From assembly GCA_964188305.1 (NCBI GenBank), contig OZ076895.1: a stretch of 64,000 nt of DNA; one strand, 5' to 3'. Source of the DNA: Podarcis bocagei (lineage: Eukaryota). Position numbers and translations under genes: made by a program. Shown in pieces: positions 26,663 to 39,440 of the stretch; the stretch's first letter is position 1, and every line of letters begins with the position of its first letter. A model generated the notes under the pieces. It saw only the letters and a list, made by a program, of their open reading frames with translations. It ran no database searches and was not told the DNA's origin.

Positions 26663-26945
26663 TCTGATGTTATCATTCAGATGTTATCTTAACTTGTGCA
26701 CTGCCTTGAGACAGACTATAATAGGTGGACTATACAGATTTTTTATAAAACAGTGGATAGGGTATCCCCACCTGGAGCATTCTACTAAGTGTGGAATTCA
26801 TGAACAGTGTGGAAGTTCCCTTGGAAGCTTGGGAGGTCAAACACCCCAATGCTCACCAAGCCCATTCCCACATCCAGCCCAATCAGGAGCAGAGGCAGAA
26901 GGCTGTCTAAGCTACTGGTCTTAAACTGGTGGGTTGGGACTCACT

Positions 26946-27167
26946 AGTGCAAGTAGATATATAGGTGTTTACCTTCCTCTGGCAGGAAGGTAAACAGCGT
27001 TTCCGTGCGCTGCTCTGGTTGCACCAGAAACGGCTTAGTCATGCTGGCCACATGACCCAGAAAAACTGTGGATAAGCATCAGCTACCTCAGCCAGTAAAG
27101 CGAGATGAGCGCCGCAACCCCAGAGTCGTTCATGACTGGACTTAACTGTCAGGGGTCCTTTACCTTT
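26946..27167 (+). mobile_element. 5'-truncated Sauria SINE
   Basis: Matches the 3' half of the copy at 36789-37126 and ends in an ACCTTT tail. Confidence 0.88.
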
Positions 27168-28707
27168 TTTTTAGTGGGTTATGGCCTGATCCAAGGTGGG
27201 TTGCAACCACCATGCAAATATATGGTAAAAGATTAAGAAATTCATCCCCAATTGCATGTTTGGGTTAAAAGTTGGTCCTGGGACTGAAAAGGTTGTAGAT
27301 ACATGGTTGAAACCAACCCATGCAAAGCCATCATCTATCCTCCACCCAGAGGCCAACCAAGGTAGTGAAGAATAGAACTGAAGGGAGGAAGTTCTGGATT
27401 CCTGGCACCTCTATTAGGACTAATAATTATTTTATTTATTTATTTACATTGGACTAATATGGAGGAGCAGTGAGTGGATAGGTTGTGACATGGCTTTCTA
27501 AACAGCCTGTAATGGAAGGGGAGAGGGAAGGAATTATGCTTTCCTTGGCGGTGGTCTGAATGTCCCCTAAGGAAGCCAACCTCACACTTTGCAATTTGTT
27601 GGGTTTATTTCTAACAAGATGGTAGCTAATGCTCAACCATTCATTCTCATCACATAAGCAGCCTTATTTACATAATTCTGTTTAAAAATGCAATAGTTTA
27701 CACTTGATTTATTTGTTCCAGCAGTAGGCAGGACAGGTCTATTGAATCACTCACGGGAAACCTACAACTCCGGGGAGTCAATCAATGCTTTCGTGAGTCT
27801 CTCTCTGTCCCATAAATTATGAAAGATTATTAAAACACTGTCAAGTGCCTAATTAGTACCTTTAGTGTTCTTATTAGAACTCAATAGCTTTTCTTCAAAC
27901 CGTTAACGCTGATTATTATGAAAACGATAGAGGCATTGTTGCAAACCATAAATGAAAATTCATTACAATTTGGTAAATATGAAAAAGGGGTGTTTCCCCC
28001 TTTCTGGCTTTTGCCTTCCCCGCAATCTGCCACAGGTCCTTCTTTCCGACTTGGGTTCCACTTGGGCAAATGCAACTGTTAAACAAGGGGTGACATGCTT
28101 AATCAGTTTGGCCTATTCTGACAATAGGAATGGAGGCAAGTGATATAAAACAATTAGCATTTTGCCCATCTTTCTTACTATGATTTATGACTGCACAATT
28201 ATTTTTCTTGCTTTTCCATGATTAAAGCCAAAATAGATTGTTTTTCCTGCCTCCATGAGATGAAATTGGCTGCTCATTACTCAGATAAATTGAAAAATAA
28301 AATGTGAATGATTATTCCATTTGGGATATACAGGGGTATCATGAAATTATGGCTTGCTGTAGGAATCATATTCTCAATGTTATCTGGGATCCTGAATCTC
28401 CTGTTTAAGGGCTCATATTTCATAGCTCTTGCCCACAGCTGCTGACAGAAAACAGGATTATGTACTCTGAAATCAGACTTGGCTTAATTCACCTGACATA
28501 CAGAGCAGAATTGTTCCTGTGTTATGTTCCATCTCTTCTGCACTGAATTGTGCCACCCCCTGATTTCTCCTTTGTTTTGTTCAACCATTTATCTCCTCTT
28601 ATTTTAATCTCTTTAATCACATTTGTTAGTCATTAGTTCCCCCAGTCCACCATCACCCAAAGTTATATACAACATTTTTTAAAAAGCATAAAACACTATA
28701 TCACAAT

Positions 28708-29066
28708 TAGGGATGGGCAAATCTATCAATTTCAGTTTCTCGTTTTTCCAGGCTTAAGTTTAGTTCTCCACATCTCCACAACAGTTTCTTTCTTTAAAAA
28801 TCCTCATGAAAAATCACCAGCATTTTAGTGAGAATTTGTCCTAATTACACATTTTTCCTATGCAATATTGACAAATATACACATTTTTGCAAACCAATTT
28901 TCCCTGATAGAATTCGTCTTTGTATGTTATTTTCATTAATATGTACATTTTTCTGCACACTTTACCCTAGGATATGCACTGTTGGTTTGTGCATTGTTTC
29001 AGAAAGTGTGAATAAGATGGTTTTGCCTTTAAATACAAACTGAATCAAATTTATGCCCTTTCCCTA
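28708..29066. mobile_element. hAT-type MITE (TAGGG termini)
   Basis: TIRs tagggatgggca ... tgccctttcccta. 8-bp TSD atcacaat / agcacaat (7 of 8 match). Confidence 0.75.
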
Positions 29067-31562
29067 AGCACAATACAATTTCATTCCATCACATCTCCCT
29101 TTCTTGCAGCATTCAGTTGCTGTCCTCTGAGTGTCTCTTCAATCTTTTGCAGTATTCAACCTGCCTCATCCTTTGCCTTAAATTTAAATCCTCCTTGGTC
29201 CCTCTGCCTATCCTTTCCATGCCAGAAACTTTACTCTCATTCCATACCAACACTTATTTTCCTTGGCTGCTCTACAGTCCTGGAATACTCCCCCATCCAA
29301 CAGCCACATGGTTCCTCCTGTTGTTTTATTTTCCGAAAATTGCTTTTGTGGAAAAATAAAATAAAAATCTCAGGCTTTCTGATCTCATCTCTTCCTCTTT
29401 TTGTATCATGTTGCATCTTTAGACTGAGCTTGAAGGTAGAGCCTGACTACAAATCTAATTCTGTGTAGTACATAACTGGTGTATATGCACTCAAAATAGA
29501 TCTGTTGTTGTTAGGGTTCCAAAAGCAACACCACAGTGCACATTCAATTTTTTTTTTTTTTTTTTTTGCCATAAGCAGATACCATTTTATGTAGAAAAGA
29601 TTCTAGAGGCAAACTGAATGTACACAGCGATCAGTGTAGGTTTTGCATTAATGTTAGCAACCAGCTTAGTACAAAGTCAGTTTTAAATCTAAAGGGTGAA
29701 AATTCCTGAAGAAATTGCAATAATCAGCAAGAGTTTTCTGAAACCATATTAGGTCATTTCTGAGCAGATCTTTTTTTAAAAAAGAAAAGAATTATTTAGC
29801 TTTCACTATTTGTATTGGGCCAATGTTTTCATGTCCTTCTAGATCCTTTGCCAGTCTGTACTACAGACAGAAGTGAGACCAGTCACCAGCAGCTACATGC
29901 TGAATGAAGTCAGGAGAAGTGATGCTTGGTCAAGGTTCTCCCATGCCTCATTGCTCAGTTCATATCTGGAACTGTTTCTTGTGCTCCCACTTCTGTGAGA
30001 AAACATACAAACATGACCATAGGAAGTTATCATTCCAGATCCTCATTCAGTGCACTTCCAAATGTGGAATATTCATGCATTTGGGCTTTGTCTTTTTTAT
30101 TCCAAGCACTTTGATTCAGCACACCTGAAACCCTTTTGGCAATGCAGGTGAGGAAACAGAAAGTGCATTAGCAAGAACTTGATTAAGGATGCACTTCACC
30201 TTGAGAAAATATCATTAGTGTTTCGGTACAACAGTAGCTCTTTCCGCTATGCTAGGTTCTACAAGTTTATGGGAGCTAGTGATTAGATAATCGCATGGAG
30301 TGTGTGGCTTACTGGTGGTCAGCTCTCTTGATTTCAAGTGGGTTTTACAAACACATTCCTTGCAGGAGTACATTTAGGTTGCTCTCCGCTGTAAAAAATA
30401 AAATAAACCCATAAAACTTTAGAATAACAAGAGCCTTATATGTTTTGTATATCTGAAATGATAGACTAAAGCATTAGTGGGGTCACCATAAATGATAGAG
30501 TCAAAATGACAGGTGTTGATGGGATCAAAATCCGGTCAGCCACACCAGACCTTTTGCATGTGAGGTTTGCTTCCTTTCCTTTGAGTATAACATTACATTA
30601 TGCAACCAGAAGTGTGGGAAGCTGCCATCTGGAGTCACCCGTAATCTTTTGACTAGGTCATTAGCTCTGATCCTGAATAACTTTTTGATGCATCCCCAAA
30701 ATGCAATGCACAAAGCATTTTTCCAGTTTTGAGATTCAGCATCAGACTTCAGTTCTATGCCAGCAAAGATTCACTTAGCTTCCAGAGACATTCTCTTTCC
30801 TTGGCTTCCAAGCCTGGAACATTTTCTCTCTAAAGTCACTGCAGACAGACAACACTGTTATATTTAAAAAATAAAATAAAAGATTCTGACTTTTGGGGGG
30901 GATAGTTAAAATAATTTGGAAGTTTGGATTAGTCATCACCATAATCTGGAAGGAAGTCGAATGAGGAAGGGACACTTGAAAGCAGCCAAGCAGTTTAAAG
31001 GGGCTGGGGTGGCACATCAGTATCTAATTTTTGCCCCTTAAGCCTCTAACTTTGTAGCAGCTAGGGATTCTGACGCTGACTCTTGTACTGGCTGATAACT
31101 TAAGGAGTTTCTGGTCACAATCCTGTCTCTCTAAAGTGAAATAGCCTCAACAGCAAAGCAGTGATTTGTTTGTTTTGTTGCTTCACTTTTCATTCCCAAT
31201 AAACTTTTTGCTGACCTGGAGGTGGGGGGGGGGGAGGTTTGCTCCCTTTAAAACAGGGTCTCTTGACTGGCTGTTCCTGCCATGCTTGCAAAGGTCTGCT
31301 TTTTGTCAGAGTGTTTCTGAAACTATGCAATCTTCACCCTGCATCCCCACTCCCAGAAAGTATACTAGAAACTCCACATCTCCATTTCAATGTGTTTTCC
31401 ATATTCTTGAGCTAGAGATCTGTTCCAAATGAGAAGGATTTGGCAAAATTTAATATGAAACTGCCTTTTGCTGTCGACTCTGCATTACAGCAGCTCCCTA
31501 GTCCTGTGTTTAAACTTGTTCATAAATGACCAGGACTTAAGGGTGAGCAGTGAAGTGACCAA

Positions 31563-31820
31563 GTGATGATGTCAGGTTGCTCAGGGTGGATGGATTGTGA
31601 GGAGCTCCAAAAGGATCTCTCCAAACTAGGTGAATGAGCATTAAGCAAAAAAATTCTGGTTCAGTATAAAGTGATACACATTGGGGCAAAAGATCCTTAT
31701 TTCATATACAGTATATGCTACTGGGGTCTGAAGTGGTAGTGAGTGTCCAGGAATAAGACCTTGGGGTCATAGTGGATAACTTGAAGATGTTGACCAGTAT
31801 GGGGCAGCTCTGAAAAGGGA
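31563..31820 (+). mobile_element. Old CR1 ORF2 fragment
   Basis: Decayed 'DCEELQKDLSKLGE', 'KVIHIG.K' and 'DLGVIVD' motifs. Confidence 0.7.
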
Positions 31821-32435
31821 GAATACTGTTTACAGTTCTAGTCACTGCATCATTGAAAGGATATTGCACAGCTGGAAAAGATGCTGGAAAGGGCTTAAAA
31901 CCCTATCCCTGCTGTCCTTACTCTTCAGTATCACACTTCCAGAAGACCTGGATGGAAATATTAATCTGTGGACAAATGTGTATATGTATATATTGTGAAG
32001 AGTGCAGGAGTGAGAAAGTGAGAGAGAAAACAGGTAGGAAGAAAGAAAAAACTTGCTGTTTCTAAAACCACTGCTTAGGTTATCTACTCCCCTCCTCTTT
32101 TGAGGAGTGTTTAGAAAGCATCTTAGCAGAGTTCAATCTCAGTACTGTTCTTCTTTTGTATACTGGTTTTCCCCCACCCACCTCAAATTAAGATAAAGTT
32201 TTTCACAACAAATTGCTTTAAAATGTGTGAAGATCAGAAGATGCATGACATAGTGATCCGGCTTTTTTTAAAAGGGTATATAAAGGAGAAAATTTTAAAG
32301 TAGGAGTTGAATGGCAATGAGATACAGATAATACAGTTAGTGATAATTACAGCTTAAATAGGTATTCAGTGGGTACACCTTTTACAGTAGCAAATGGGTA
32401 CTTCTTACACAGTCAGACTTTGGATTCATCTAGGT

Positions 32436-32640
32436 CATGGACGCCCAACTTCCAACAGACTGCGATCTACTCACAGTATTAAAAAACTGGCAGTGATCTA
32501 CCCTTGTTGTTGGATGAACCAAAGTTGTTGAGTTTTTTTAGGATGCCACAGTTGTCCCTCCCCCCAAAGATCTACCAGGATCTACCAGGAATACCCCACG
32601 ATCTACCAGTAGATCACGATCTACCTGTTGGACATGCCTG
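32436..32640. mobile_element. hAT (Charlie-like) MITE inserted in a SINE, perfect 8-bp TSD
   Basis: TSD atctaggt at 32428-32435 and 32641-32648. Imperfect TIR catggacgcccaac / gttggacatgcctg. Repeated internal gatctac motifs. Confidence 0.85.
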
Positions 32641-33035
32641 ATCTAGGTCAGCACTGTCTACACTGACTGACAGGAGCTCTCCAGGGTTTGAAACACAAAA
32701 TATTCCCAGTTCTACTTGGAAAAGCCAAGGATTGGCCTGTGACCTTTTCCATGCAAAGCTGATACTCTGCCATTGGACATGCTCTGTTTACCTCTAAGTT
32801 CTATGTCTCTTACATTCTACCTCTGGCAGTGCAATTCTATATGTAACTCAGTTATAGAGCATCTGCTTTGCAGGCAGAAGATCTCAAGTTTAATTCCCAA
32901 CATCTTCAGGTAGGAGAGCTGGAAAAGACCCCTACCTGAAACCATAGAGAGTTGCTCCTAGCCCGTGTGGTCAATACGGAGCTAGATGGACCACATGCCT
33001 GACGCTACATAAGACAGCTTCCTATGTTCCTGATT

Positions 33036-33180
33036 CCTATATTCCTAATGTCTGCTTTACCCCTGCAAATCCCTATAAAGAATGCCTATATTCCCTATAA
33101 AGAATGCCTATATCCAAATCCCTATAAAGAATGCCTATATTCCTAATGTCTGCTTTACCCCTGCAAATCCCTATACAGAA
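33036..33180 (+). repeat. Complex local tandem duplication
   Basis: cctatattcctaatgtctgctttacccctgcaaatccctata occurs twice and tccctataaagaatgcctatat three times. Confidence 0.9.
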
Positions 33181-36100
33181 CATAGGCTGTGTCTAGGATC
33201 ACAGAGAGAGGGTGAAAAGCCAATGAAGGAAATAGTAACATTTGTTTTAGTTTAAATATGTGGGGCCAGGAGGAAGGGTTGTGGCTTGAGAAGGAAAAGG
33301 AGGGGTCTGATACCCTGTTCCCAAGGGTCCCCAGAAACCTGGAGCTGGCCCTGCTCAATGCATTTTATTTTGAAGTGACTCATTACATATTTGTGCAAAT
33401 TTGGGACCACTACTGTGCATGTATATGAAAAGGACTTGAACATCTCCCAAGATAGACTGGAGCCAACTAAACTCTAAACACTTGGGAGGTCTGACCTTTC
33501 AAGTGGCAAGTGGCAAGTGCTGGATGGGAACTCTGAAAAGAACAGGCATTCTTCTTACACATGAATTAAGGGTATTCCATCACAGAATCTATCTCCATTT
33601 AGAATTAACTGTGTTTTAAAATGAAAACATTTTAAAGGAATATACTGTAACATGTTTCCTCAGATAAATTCTGATACATTACTGTTATTGTTGTTGTTAA
33701 TTCTCATGGGTAATGTTATGCTCAGGGTATCTCTAAAATATTAAATGTTTTCCCTTATGACTGGAGCTGTAGTTTTTGTTTGTTGCAAAATATTTGCTAC
33801 AGGTAAGCCACATTTAGGTTTGTTACTACTCCTTATTTGCTACCGGTAACCCATGTTTCCTGCAAGATGGCACTTCCATTGCAAGAGTTGCATTTTCCAA
33901 GCATTCTAAGCACTGTGCATTTGATAAACTAGCATTCATCTCCAAGACACCATAGCCTTTACTGATGGGTTTTTCTTTACATGGAAAGTGTTTTGTACAA
34001 GTGGTCACAGGCAGCTGTTGGATACTGACTGTGACTGAGATAAATGGTGATGACGAACTGACCTTGCACATGTCTCCCCTGGTCCATTTTAAAATATCTT
34101 AGTTTCATATATTTTTAATGCTTTAGAGAGGCTGATCGCTCCCTTGTTGGACTTTTCCTGAGTGAGAGCATTTATCTAGCCTTTTAAAAGAAAGCCAGTG
34201 TAGGCACAGATATCCTTACTCAACCATGAAACTCAAGGGGTGGCCGTGGGCAAGTCTCTACTTCATAGGGCTACTCTTAGGCTGAAATATTTTCCTGGAC
34301 TCCTTAACAGGAGGGCAGGATATAAATTGTTTCACCAAATTAAGACCACTTAGCTATCTTTCTTGCATACAGGGACATAGTATTGAGAAAAGGCTAGAAT
34401 CCCTTATTTGTTTATTCTTACCAAGGAGAATATATATATATATGATGGTGAACAGATTTTTTTTTTTAACTCAAATGTCCCTATAAGGATATTTCACTTC
34501 ATTTTTGTTTTCCATTTTTATTTCTTGGCACTCATTAAGATGAAAGCAAAAGACAAGCATAAATCTTGAGGCAGCCCTCAATGCAAAAACTGTCCCTGAG
34601 TTCCTGGCATCTAGCCCAGCTTTCAGACTCACTTTGTGACAAGTGGTGCTTTCCTGAGCTAGAATTTATCCGTCTACCTTAGATCTGTGGTCTGGTGATG
34701 GAAGGAAAGAGATTAGATTGCCTCAAAATACTTTTACTCTGTGTGTGTGTGACTCACAGGAGTCATTTTCTGACCAATGGCAGCAAACAAGACAACATCC
34801 CAAGAATTTTTAGACTCCGAGATCTGGAGCTGAGATATTACAATCAACAGTCACACATCACTCAGCTCCAACTAGGCTAAAAAGTTTGCCTCCCTCACAC
34901 TTCAGTTTTCTGTGTACGTGGAAATTCATGCATCCATGGGAAACAGAAACATTCTGGATTTGACCATATTTAGATGACTGCATTTAGAACCAGTGTGGTT
35001 TAGACTTCAAGTGTTGGATTAGGACCTTGGAGAACAGGGTCCCTACACAGCCATGGTGCTTATTGGGAGACTTTGGGCTAGTTATGGTCTCTCACCCCAG
35101 TGTACTCCAACAGGGTTGTTGCAAGGACAAAATGGGGAGGGGGAAATTGTGTATAGTACCTTAAGCTCCTTTGAGGATATAAATGTAATCATAAATAAAA
35201 TTAAGGACAAAAACAGTACTTCTTCACACAATTTCTTTCTCCTTTTATGTTTCCCCAAGTTTTTTTTATATTCTGTAGGGGATAGCCAACATTCATACTC
35301 AAAGTAAATCCATTAAAACCGATGAACATAAGTCTATTGACTTCAATGGATCTACAATGAGTATGACTAATGCTGAATATCACTCATTATGTTGATTAGA
35401 TTATGGTCCTTTCGGTGACACTAATCAGCCACAATAAAATCCACCAATCATCTTTCTTTTAGATGTAATTGCTGTAATCTACTCAGAGCATGTGGGAAAG
35501 GTTAAATAACTATACATAGATTTTTTTGTGGTGGCAGACTTTGGAATGCCTTGCCCAAGGAAGTCAGGAAAGGAAGATCTCAATTCTCCTATTGTTTTTC
35601 TTCAAGTTTTCCTACCATCTGGATTATTTTATTTTTTTATTGCTGTTGCTGTTTGCTGCTTTGCTCATGTTATGCAATGGTTTAAATCTTGCATCCATTT
35701 TTCTATTTTCTTTGCATACATTTGTTATTGTGAATTTATTCATTTATTTAGGCATTTCCATATCACCCATCAATCACGTCCCCTGGATAATTCACAATTT
35801 AAAAGTTAAACAAATACAATAAACAGTACTATAGTATACTACATTATACCTTGTGTATAGTGGTTTCCCCTGTAAATAGGTGATCAGTATATTAAATTAA
35901 TACTAATAAACAAATATACCAATCTACGCACAATGAAAAAATTAATGTGCATATTGTGGGTGGGTGGTAATATGATTTAGAGCATCTAGCACTGGAAAGA
36001 CCCATTGATTTAGTATCCATTCCTGGAATGGTTATTCCTTTAAGAACGGGTTTCATGATACTACAAGAATTTGTTCAACAAAACCCCTCTTTGCATCCCG

Positions 36101-36788
36101 CACACAATAATGGTCATGGTCAGACAACCATGTTAGCTCAGGTTTGAGTGCTGGTGGGGGATTGGTAGAGGATCAGCCACAATAAAACCCACCCACTGAC
36201 TGAAACATGCTCTTCCAAATTCACACCACGACCTGACAATGTCATCTCCACCTGGTTCCAAGAAGGGCTTGTAATAATATGAATAGAGCAGATAAAGAAA
36301 CATGGGTTGCTTTTCAGCCATGGCAGCCTGAATGCAAACGGCAAACACTCCTTCCATGCAAGTGGCTTCAATAGCTCTGTGGTATCCCTTTTCAAGGCAA
36401 CATTTTCATCCAAAAGTAAAAGGTAAACATTTCTAAAAGGAATTGTCAGTGCACAGTGAATTTACCCTAGTGCAACTGCTGCTGTATTTCCACAGCTGTC
36501 AAAGGCTATTCTACCATAAACTATTGTATTTTGTTCCAAGGTTCAATCTTTAACATATGCCGTTAATAAGGCACTTGATATTTTACAAATCAGTTGTTTG
36601 AATTAAGGAACAAGTGTCACTCAACGCTAAGCATATTCTGTGCATGCAAAAGGTTCCAGATTCAATCCCTGGCATCTCCTAGAATGGTTGAGCATGACTT
36701 GCTGCTTTCTTAAAACAGGACTGCTTTCCTAGGCTGTAGCTATGATGAGGTCAAGAGCTGCTTTTTAGAATAAGGTATCCATAAGGAA

Positions 36789-37126
36789 GGGACATGGGTG
36801 GTGCTGTGGTCTAAACCACAGAGCCTGGGGCTTGCCGATCAGAAGGTCAGCAGTTTGAATCCCCGAAACGGGGTGAGCTCCCGTTGTTCGGTCCCAGCTC
36901 CTGCCCATCTAGCAGTTCAAAAGCACGTCAAGTGCAAGTAGATAAATAGGTACCGCTCCAGAGGGAAGGTAAATGGCGTTTCCATGCGCTGCTCCGGTTC
37001 ACCAGAAGCGGCTTAGTCATGCTGTCTGCGGACAAACGCCGGCTCCCTCGGCTTATAGAGCAAGATGAGCGTGCAACCCCAGAGTTGTCCGCAACTGGAC
37101 CTAACAGTCAGGGTTACCTTTACCTT
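36789..37126 (+). mobile_element. Full-length Sauria SINE with 13-bp TSD
   Basis: tRNA-like head gggacatgggtggtgctgtggtctaaacc...gtttgaatccc, body ctagcagttcaaaagcacg..gtgcaagtagataaataggtacc, and (ACCTTT)n tail. TSD tatccataaggaa at 36776-36788 and 37127-37139. Confidence 0.93.
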
Positions 37127-37395
37127 TATCCATAAGGAAATACATTTTTCTCAAAGAACTGGGCATGTAACTACCCCATGGTGGGTTTGAGAGGGTAAGG
37201 ATGTGCCACTTTTCCAAGTCCTATACTCAAAACCTTATAATTCTACTTAGTGTTACTGAATTCAGAAAAACTACTTCCTTTCTTTATGATCGCAATGAAG
37301 ATTAGGATCCCCACTTCAGCCATAAATGTTCATTGGAAGAAGGTGGAAGTGCTAAGCTTTGCAAGCACAGCAAAGTTGGTGAAGGGTATTATAGA

Positions 37396-37470
37396 AACAT
37401 AGAATTGTAGAGTTGGAAGGTTGGAAGGAACCCTGAGTCATCTAGTCCAACCCCTGTCATGCAGGAATCT
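37396..37470 (-). mobile_element. CR1 3' terminal fragment
   Basis: catagaattgtagagttggaagg...tcatctagtccaacccct..atgcagga is the reverse complement of the CR1 tail. Confidence 0.75.
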
Positions 37471-39071
37471 CAACACATGGTTCCCCCATCCAATTTGAAA
37501 CCATGCCAGACCCTGCTTTGCTTTGCAAATGTGCTAGCAGAATGAACTAATCCATCTGGTGAACTTGGGTATGCATCTTAAGAGTATTTTACCCACTGAT
37601 CTGCAATGAAGACTGATAACCAAGGAATACCCCAACTAGGCAATCACCAAGTACTTGATCCCAGTGGTAGTTGATGCCCATTGGGACTGGAAAAATGGAA
37701 GGCAGGGAATTCAAGTAAATGAAACCAGAGTCAACTAATTCTTTTTTAAAAATATTTTATTAAGGATTTTCTTGTTTTACAGAGTCAACTAATTCTAATT
37801 TTGTTCCCATCCTCCTCCCCACTGAGGGCGACACTGAGATCAAGGAGGAGGAATCTGACAGCCACTGCCACTCCTCTGACTGGTTGTAAGTAAGAAGGCA
37901 GGCAGGTGGAGTCTGGCTGAGGGCAGTGTGAGATTGGAAAGGCAGTGCTCCACTCACCATAATGGAGTAGCCTCCATTGCTTTTTTCCTCTCTCTTTCAC
38001 ACTATGCCAAAATAACCCAAACCCCTCAGTCCTACAGTGTGGATACTGCTGGACAGGTCTGTAACTATTCCTTTCTAGCTCTGTAGCCTTTAGTAGCTGC
38101 TCAAATTATCATAGCTCTCCAGCCACTCCAAGTAAAAAATAAATAAATTCCTGAGTAAGAAGATCTATTCACAAGTCTGAAAACTGCACTAGTCTTATTC
38201 ACTGAATTCAATATGAACTGCATCACAACCAAGCAGTTGCCTGTTCTGTATACTATACATCAAAATTGATTTTCAGACCTTGTGTACAACACTTCATTGT
38301 GGGTTGAAAATCAATCTGGCAATGCAGTAGAGCAATCAGATGATTGCCTGGTCATGTAGCAGTTATAATGCACATTGAACTTGCCATGAGACTAGGACCA
38401 ATTTTTAGTCAGACAACTATGGTTTTTAAACTGTAAGCATAAAAACAGAATTTATCCACTGAGTTTCCTTTTTCATAGAGCATTTTCTAGTATTTTTTTC
38501 ACATGTCCACTCAATATTTTCTTCCAGTCCTGATGGCTATGCACATAAGAGGTCACTATAAAAAGGGGAAAGAGAGAAACTCTGTTTGTCATCAGTAGAT
38601 GCCTGCTTTCATTTGTTATGCACCACCCTTTGGATACTTCATATGGGAGCAAAAACTGCCAGGACTGAAAGCCAGTTTCTGGCCTTTTGAGTATAAAAGG
38701 TGTATGGTGTGAGGCTTTAAAGCTACTTGGGAATATTAACAAGCCTTTGGTAAGCTTTATGTTCACTGAACGTTCTTTGACATATTTTAAATGTTAGTGC
38801 TACAGTGATATAATATATATATATTATTACTGAGATGAGGCTGGAAGGGACACTGAGGCAATTTGCCTCCATGCCCATGCCGGCTGCTATGACATCATGC
38901 TCAGATGTACAAAAGCAAGCGTGTTTCTGCTTTATAAGCAACAGTGGAAGAGAGAAGAAAAAAAGATGAAGGAAAGTAGAAAGAAATCTGAAAAGGTGGT
39001 TCAGATAATGGTTAATCTGTTTGTAAGACTGAGGAGGGAAGAAAAGGCTGTGCTCCTTGATGATGAGTTAG

Positions 39072-39440
39072 CAGGGGTGACCCAAAACATTTTAGCACCT
39101 GAGGCGAACCACAAAATGCCCCTCTCCCTGCTGGGAAAGAAGGGGTGAGTGAAGTTCTACATCAGGAACAAGGGAGGAATAAAGGTCCAAATCAGGAACA
39201 AGGGAGGGGGAATCAAATGAACCTCATTAGACAGTTGAAGTGTAAATCAAAGGTCGTCGCAGGGGTAAAACCAGGCTGCTCTGAATCATGCCAGGTGGAT
39301 ACAGAGCCCACGATGCAGAGGGCAGCCCCCACCATGGTAGCAATGGATGATGCATTCCTTGGAGGCAGGATCTGCTGCCCCTGTGGAACCTAGTGCCTCA
39401 GGTGGTCGGCTCATCTTGCCTCATGGGTGGGTCAGCACTG
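39072..39440 (-). mobile_element. hAT-like non-autonomous element with 8-bp TSD
   Basis: CAG...CTG termini. TSD tgagttag (39064-39071) / tgagttgg (39441-39448). Confidence 0.75.
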
